DNA of 64,000 nucleotides, taken from Microthrixaceae bacterium (GTDB taxonomy: Bacteria > Actinomycetota > Acidimicrobiia > Acidimicrobiales > VFJN01). The DNA is taken from NCBI GenBank assembly GCA_052390255.1, contig JBQTHC010000039.1, positions 16,084 through 80,083 of the forward strand, in the 5' to 3' direction. Shown one piece after another: positions 59,257 through 64,000 of this stretch. The notes below the pieces were generated by a model. The model did not search any database, was not told the origin of the DNA, and was given only the letters and a program-made list of their open reading frames with translations. The position numbers and the translations under genes were made by a program. Position 1 is the stretch's first letter, and each line of letters opens with the position of its first letter.

Positions 59257-60086
59257 CCCTCCCCCGCGACCGTTGTGGTCGTCGCGTACTGGGTGCCGGG
59301 GGCGACGTGTGGCTGCAACCCGCCCTCGCTGTGCTCCACCTCATGGGGCTCGATGAACCGCTCACCGCGCGCCGCCGACGCAACTCCTGCCGCGACCACG
59401 CCGAGCGCGCAGATCACCAGCAGGCCGGCGACGACGTTGGGGGACAACCGCGGGCGCGTGGCGATCAGCGCGCCGATCGCGAGGATCGCCGCCCCGAGCA
59501 CGGTGGCGACGATGACTGCACCGTGCTCCGAGGACGTGAGCAGCAGTCGGGAGAACGCAGCGACCGAGCCTCCGGCGATCAGGACCCCCGCGATCGGCAC
59601 CTCGAAGGGCCCCATCACGCGGTTGCGAACGAGCCGGTTGACCTCCGGATCGCCCGACGCGCGGTCGGACCACGCGAGGACCATCCACTCGATCGTGGTG
59701 GCGAGCAGCACGAAGAAGCCCACGACGAACATCACGTTGGAGATCACGAGGCCGAGCACCACGAGCGACGCGCCGAACGCGCCGATCACGGGCCAGTAGG
59801 CGGGACGGCTCGGCGCTGGCACGGTCGGCGCCACCTCGGTGCCCGCCAGCTCGGCGAGCGCGGAGGGCGCCGCGTCACGCGTCGCGACCGAGACGACGCC
59901 GAGAAAGATCCCCGCGAGACCGATGGACACGAGCAGCGTGTACCCGAAGTGGTCGCCCACACCGCCCCAGTAGCCCGCGGTGACGGGACCGAGCTCGTTG
60001 CCGCCGGTGCTCCAGCCGTAGGCGGCCGCGAGCACGAGGCTGACGAGCCCGAGCCCGAAGAACCACTTTGATCCGGTCGTGAACAT
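59253..60086 (-). CDS. Polytopic membrane protein with CtaF(actinobacterial subunit IV)-like segment
   Basis: ATG at 60086. The stop overlaps the ctaC start (ATGA). 'PSRPAYWPVIGAFGASLVVLGLVISNVMFVVGFFVLLATTIEW' resembles the C-terminal extension of CtaD. Confidence 0.6.
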   Translation of the reverse strand: MFTTGSKWFFGLGLVSLVLAAAYGWSTGGNELGPVTAGYWGGVGDHFGYTLLVSIGLAGIFLGVVSVATRDAAPSALAELAGTEVAPTVPAPSRPAYWPVIGAFGASLVVLGLVISNVMFVVGFFVLLATTIEWMVLAWSDRASGDPEVNRLVRNRVMGPFEVPIAGVLIAGGSVAAFSRLLLTSSEHGAVIVATVLGAAILAIGALIATRPRLSPNVVAGLLVICALGVVAAGVASAARGERFIEPHEVEHSEGGLQPHVAPGTQYATTTTVAGEG

Positions 60087-60103
60087 CGAAGGAGAGCGCC
60101 TCG

Positions 60104-60712
60104 CTACTTGGTGATGTAGATGCCGTACCAGACGGCGGTGTAGACGGCGATGGTGATGTACCAGTAGAGAGCCGCGGCCGACATGCCTTCGGCGTCGCGA
60201 CCGCTCAGCTGGCCGCCGAGCGCCTGGAAGCCCATGACGGCGATGAAGACGAGGCCCACGAAGACCATGACGAGGTGGGCACCCGTGACCGCGTAGAGCA
60301 GCGCCGCCGTGCCCGACGCGGTGAGACCCATGCCGAGCTGCTGGTACAGGTACACCGTGGAGTTGATGAACGCCGCGCCGAAGAGGATCGTGAGGCCGAG
60401 CCCGAGGTATGCGTGGACGCGATCGCCGACCCGCAGCGAGGACACCACCCACGCCATCGTGACAGCGGACATCGACAGGGTGACCATCCCCATGTTGCCG
60501 GGCGTGAGGCCGAGCACGACGCCCTCGGGCAGCGCGGTGACCCCGGCGGCGATGCGGCCGCTCCTCAGCTGGAGGTACGCAGCGAGCATCGACAGGATCA
60601 CGAGCCCGGAGGCGACTGCCCCGAACGCGGATCCGATCAGCAGGACGCGCGGGCGGCGCGGCGCGGGAGCCGGTGCCGTGGCGAGCGGGCTGGCGGTGAC
60701 CGCAGTGGACAT
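60104..60712 (-). CDS. Cytochrome oxidase subunit III-like paralogue (degenerate)
   Basis: The protein is co-linear with CtaE, for example 'LYAVTGAHLVMVFVG' and 'ALYWYITIAVY'. The conserved E of 'VYEF' and the H and D of 'YWHFVD' are replaced. Its ATG overlaps the upstream stop (TGATG). Confidence 0.65.
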   Translation of the reverse strand: MSTAVTASPLATAPAPAPRRPRVLLIGSAFGAVASGLVILSMLAAYLQLRSGRIAAGVTALPEGVVLGLTPGNMGMVTLSMSAVTMAWVVSSLRVGDRVHAYLGLGLTILFGAAFINSTVYLYQQLGMGLTASGTAALLYAVTGAHLVMVFVGLVFIAVMGFQALGGQLSGRDAEGMSAAALYWYITIAVYTAVWYGIYITK

Positions 60713-62361
60713 CAGGCCGTGCCCTCCTCGGAGCGATGGTGAGCGTCGTAGAGGGGGGCCTCGGAGGTGACCTCGGGGATCGCCGCGAAGTTGCCGGCCG
60801 GCGGCGGCGACGGCGTGGCCCACTCGAGCGTGTGGCCCGACCAGGGGTCGTCGCCCGGATCTTCGGTGCTCCGAGCGGCTCGAAGCAGGAGTGCGACGAA
60901 CCCGACGCCTCCGAGCGCGAGCACCGCGCCGCCCACCAGCGACGCGAGGTTGAGGGACTCGATCGTGTTGACGTTGTCGGCCGGCGCCAGCAGTGGCGAC
61001 GCAGGCTGGCCGAGCAGACCGGCCACGAGGTCGGGGAAGCTCCACAGCACGGTGCCGGCGAGGAGCACCAGCGCGACACCACGTGCAGGGCCCTCGGCGA
61101 TCGTGCGACCGATGAGCTTCGGCGCCCAGTACACGACGCCGCCGAGGAGCGCGATCAGCGCGGCGAGCACGACGTAGGAGGTGATCGCGGTGGACCAGGT
61201 GGTGCCGTAGAGGGTGTTGCCGGGGCCATCGACGACCGTCTTGATCGGCTCGATCGCCTGTGCAGCGCCCGCCAGCACGCCGACGAGCAGCATGAAACCT
61301 GACGCGATGGCGAACAGGAGCGGGCTGCCGAGGCGCACTTGCCCGCGCTGCGCGGTGCCGGCCCACAGCGCGAGCAGCCCGAGCAGCGGCACCACGATCG
61401 CGAGCGACACCGCCACCCACGGCGCGTCGTAGAGCCAGGTGTAGAGGTCCTTGCCGAACCCCGGGACCGCCCACGCGCCCACGCTCAGCACCGCGAAGGC
61501 GCCGATGAGGCCCTGGGCACGGCGGTGCTGCAGGTGCCGGGTGGCCGCGAAGACCGGGACGACCGAGCCGATGATCCCGAGGGCGGGGACGGCGAACGCG
61601 TACACGGCGGGCGTGCCGAACACCCATCCGATCCGCGTGGCGAGCAGGTTGTCGCCGCCGCCGAAGAACCCGCCCGTTCCGCCGTAGCGGATGTCGACGT
61701 AGGCCATCACGAGCCCGCCGGCAAGCACCGGGAGGGTCACGATCCACACCACGCCCGCGAGGAGCGAGGACCACGCGAACAGGGGCGTGCGGGCGAGCGA
61801 GAGGCCCGGGACCCGCATGGTGATCACGGTCGTGGCGATGCAGATCCAGGCGACGATCTCCGCGACGACCACGAGCGCGAACGCCACGATGAACAGTCGC
61901 ACGCCGTCGACGTCGGTCCCGCCGGGGCCGCCGTCGATGGCAAAGGACCCGACCACGAGGCCGCTGCCGAGGATGAACGTCCATGCGGCCGCCGCCGCGG
62001 CCCGGGGGAAGGCCATGGTGGCGGCACCGAGCTGGAGCGGGACGATGGCGGTCGCGACGCCGATGGTGAGGGGCAGCAGGAACAGGAACCCCGCGGCGAT
62101 CGCCCGGTAGGCGACGTACTGCCCGAACCACTCCGTGCCGATCACGCTGGCGCCGCTGGTGTCGATCTTCTCCGCCGCGACGAGCAGGGCTGCCCCGCCG
62201 GCGAGCAGGCCGTGCGCGAGGGCCGCGACGAGCCAGATCCGGCCGACGACCTTGTGGTCGCCCGTGCCGAGGACGGCAGCCACACCCGAGGCTGCCGGGG
62301 CATGCGCCGTGGGCTCGGAGGGCGCCGAGACGGCGGCCGGAGCGTCTTCGGTGACGGTCAT
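60712..62361 (-). CDS. Cytochrome oxidase subunit I-like paralogue lacking the canonical heme/CuB histidine ligands
   Basis: Family blocks are retained: 'GTGDHKVVG', 'VPLQLGAATMAFPR', 'WVFGTPAVY' and 'DPWSGHTLEWATPSPPPAGNF'. In a by-eye alignment with CtaD, the His positions read R, T, V-P, and none in the helix X block. Confidence 0.7.
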   Translation of the reverse strand: MTVTEDAPAAVSAPSEPTAHAPAASGVAAVLGTGDHKVVGRIWLVAALAHGLLAGGAALLVAAEKIDTSGASVIGTEWFGQYVAYRAIAAGFLFLLPLTIGVATAIVPLQLGAATMAFPRAAAAAAWTFILGSGLVVGSFAIDGGPGGTDVDGVRLFIVAFALVVVAEIVAWICIATTVITMRVPGLSLARTPLFAWSSLLAGVVWIVTLPVLAGGLVMAYVDIRYGGTGGFFGGGDNLLATRIGWVFGTPAVYAFAVPALGIIGSVVPVFAATRHLQHRRAQGLIGAFAVLSVGAWAVPGFGKDLYTWLYDAPWVAVSLAIVVPLLGLLALWAGTAQRGQVRLGSPLLFAIASGFMLLVGVLAGAAQAIEPIKTVVDGPGNTLYGTTWSTAITSYVVLAALIALLGGVVYWAPKLIGRTIAEGPARGVALVLLAGTVLWSFPDLVAGLLGQPASPLLAPADNVNTIESLNLASLVGGAVLALGGVGFVALLLRAARSTEDPGDDPWSGHTLEWATPSPPPAGNFAAIPEVTSEAPLYDAHHRSEEGTA

Positions 62362-62448
62362 CGAGGCACCTGTGAGAGCGGACGGGGTCGGTTCGGGAAT
62401 CTAGTCACGTGGACCGCCCGCCTTCGAACCTGGGGACCCCGGCTGCGC

Positions 62449-63483
62449 TCACCATCCGGAGCGCAGGAGCTGGTCGAGCGCCATCGCGCCGAACAGCAGG
62501 GTGATGTAGGTGATCGACCAGCCGAACAGCCGCATCGCGGTGACCTCGACCTCGACGGCCACGGCGCCGCTCGGCGACACGCCTCCGGTCCCGCCACCTT
62601 GGAGTCGCAGCAGCCGGACGGCGTACCAGGTGAACACGGCGCCGAGGACGATCGCGCTGCCGAGGTAGACGTCCCCCATCCCCGCGACCGGGGAGAACAG
62701 CACCGTGAGCGCCCAGAGCAGCAGCGTGTACAGCAGGATCCGGACGGAGGTGCGACGCAGGCTCTGCACCACGGGGAGCATGGGGACCTCGGCCGCCGCG
62801 TAGTCGTCGCGGTAGCGGATCGCGAGCGCCCAGAAGTGTGGTGGGGTCCAGTAGAAGATGATGGCGAACAGCACGACGGGCGCCCAGTCGAGTCGACCCG
62901 TGACCGCGCTCCACCCGATGAGCGTCGGCACAGCACCGGCGGCGCCGCCGATCACGATGTTGTGGGTGGAGGTGCGCTTGAGCCACAGCGTGTACACGAA
63001 CACGTAGAAGAGGCATGCGGCCACTGCCAGCGCGGCGCTGAGGAGGTTCACGGTGGCCCAGAGGAAGCCGAACGCGAACACCTCGAGGGCGATGGCGAAC
63101 GTGAGCGCCGCGCGGGGCGACATGGCGCCGGTCACCAGCGGACGGCCCTTCGTGCGCTCCATCAGGCGGTCGATGTCACGGTCGACGTACATGTTGATCG
63201 CGTTCGCGCCGCCGGCCGCGAAGGTGCCACCGAGCACGGTGCAGACCATCAACCAGACCGACGGAAGGCCCTTCTCCGCGACGACCATCGTGGGGACCGT
63301 GGTGACGAGCAGCAGCTCGATGATCCGAGGCTTGGTGAGCGCCACGTACGCCGCGACGCGGGCGCGAGTGGAGAGCCTCGGAGCGAACACGGAGGGCAGG
63401 CTAGGCCCGGCCCCACTGCGGCGGCGAACCCGCGGCGACGCGTGTGGAGCGACGCGCTCGAGGGTCCGTAGCCTGACAGACAT
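62449..63483 (-). CDS. ctaB: Protoheme IX farnesyltransferase (heme O synthase)
   Basis: 'YVALTKPRIIELLL', 'NMYVDRDIDRLMERTKGRPL' and 'FFWTPPHFWALA'-type blocks. The start is uncertain (63483, 63510 or an internal GTG at 63390). Confidence 0.9.
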   Translation of the reverse strand: MSVRLRTLERVAPHASPRVRRRSGAGPSLPSVFAPRLSTRARVAAYVALTKPRIIELLLVTTVPTMVVAEKGLPSVWLMVCTVLGGTFAAGGANAINMYVDRDIDRLMERTKGRPLVTGAMSPRAALTFAIALEVFAFGFLWATVNLLSAALAVAACLFYVFVYTLWLKRTSTHNIVIGGAAGAVPTLIGWSAVTGRLDWAPVVLFAIIFYWTPPHFWALAIRYRDDYAAAEVPMLPVVQSLRRTSVRILLYTLLLWALTVLFSPVAGMGDVYLGSAIVLGAVFTWYAVRLLRLQGGGTGGVSPSGAVAVEVEVTAMRLFGWSITYITLLFGAMALDQLLRSGW

Positions 63484-63508
63484 GCCTCCGATCTGGTCTC
63501 GCGTCCGC

Positions 63509-64000
63509 ATGGCGCGACGTGGCGGGATCAGTCCCGACGCCTACCGCTCGATGACGCTGGTCGCCCTGGTCGCCGTCGGCGCGATCGTCGTGTCGGGCGC
63601 TGCCGTGCGGTTGACGGGCTCAGGGCTCGGCTGCCCCACCTGGCCGGCATGCGAGTCGGGCTCGTTGGTGCCGCGCGGCGCCACGGGCGTCCACGGCTGG
63701 GTCGAGTTCCTCAACCGCGTCTTCACGGGCGCGGTGTCGATCGCGGTCGCGCTCGCCGTGCTCGGTGCGCGCCGTCGCATCCCGCGTCGACGAGATCTGA
63801 CCCGGCTCGCCTGGGGGCTCGTGGGCGGGGTGTTCGCGCAGGCACTGCTCGGCGGGCTCGTGGTGATCCTCGACGTCGCCCCGATCGCGGTGGCCGGGCA
63901 CTACCTCCTCTCCGCGGTGCTCGTGGCCAACGCGGTGGTCCTGCACCACCGCGCCGGCGAGCCCGACGGACCACGACGAGCTCGCGCGACGCCTGGGCTG
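63509..64000 (+). CDS. ctaA: Heme A synthase (COX15/CtaA), 3' end beyond window
   Basis: Hand translation gives 'MARRGGISPDAYRSMTLVALVAVGAIVVSGAAVRLTGSGLGCPTWPAC...', the CtaA N-terminal Cys pair, plus the later 'AGHYLLS'. The frame stays open to nt 64000. An alternative ATG lies at 63482. Confidence 0.8.
   Translation, partial: MARRGGISPDAYRSMTLVALVAVGAIVVSGAAVRLTGSGLGCPTWPACESGSLVPRGATGVHGWVEFLNRVFTGAVSIAVALAVLGARRRIPRRRDLTRLAWGLVGGVFAQALLGGLVVILDVAPIAVAGHYLLSAVLVANAVVLHHRAGEPDGPRRARATPGL

Noticed and set aside
61339-63471. 710-aa plus-strand ORF; the same applies to 57907..59799 and 10016..11572
   Set aside because: These ORFs are antisense to the coxI-like/ctaB, ctaC and membrane-protein genes respectively. 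Their composition is typical of shadow ORFs.

Overview
This is a high-GC (roughly 70%) actinobacterial chromosomal window. It is gene-dense, with about 80 protein genes and one tRNA. I saw no rRNA, CRISPR array, integrase or transposase. All calls come from reading the sequence and the ORF track by eye; no database search was run.

**Likely origin.** The markers are mshA (mycothiol), a WhiB-family regulator, an Rv0500A-like HTH next to proC, and a caa3-type oxidase whose subunit II is fused to cytochrome c. Together they suggest a deep-branching actinobacterium, possibly Acidimicrobiia-like. That is a low-confidence guess.

**Content from left to right:**
- CAP-domain protein and an ABC-2 exporter
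- SAM hydrolase, proC, an MFS transporter and mshA
- XRE regulator and an RsiG-like protein
- cupredoxin and membrane proteins, plus a MoaD-like carrier
- a small accessory-looking patch around tRNA-Lys: TraR/DksA zinc finger, HNH remnant, AbrB/PIN toxin-antitoxin pair, anchored beta-propeller
- a tightly overlapped queF-queC-queD-queE preQ1 operon
- ArsR-rhodanese, an ArsM-like methyltransferase, a SHOCT protein and an MFS transporter
- APH-family kinase, MerR regulator and a methyltransferase
- LLM oxidoreductase, P450 and SDR
- HxlR regulator, an HtrA-like protease, an acyl-ACP desaturase and a nitrilase
- a 1034-aa STAND ATPase, an ATP-dependent ligase, dut and orn
- a WhiB7-like gene behind a leader ORF and terminator
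- tlpA and ccdA, pdxH
- a LIV-type ABC system with a permease-ATPase-ATPase triple fusion
- serS, an aminotransferase and a second ABC-2 exporter
- an 8-gene oxidase operon, then divergent ctaB and ctaA

**Most notable observations:**
1. A metal-ligand-less 'shadow' set of oxidase subunit I, III and IV-like genes is translationally coupled in front of the genuine ctaCDEFG genes.
2. The WhiB7-like gene has an attenuator-like leader: an AT-rich tract, a TTGACG hexamer, an 85-codon Ala-rich ORF, a perfect intrinsic terminator and a 2x23-bp tandem repeat.
3. Two families of structured intergenic repeats sit at gene ends. One is a TCTGTG...CACAGA palindrome superfamily with 5 copies plus 1 degenerate copy. 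The other is a ~47-nt long-hairpin element with 3 copies.
4. An RsiG-like protein carries one perfect c-di-GMP-binding signature motif and a second copy that differs at a single position.
5. livM, livG and livF are fused in one reading frame.

Many very long ORFs in the track are antisense 'shadow' ORFs typical of high-GC DNA, and I rejected them.
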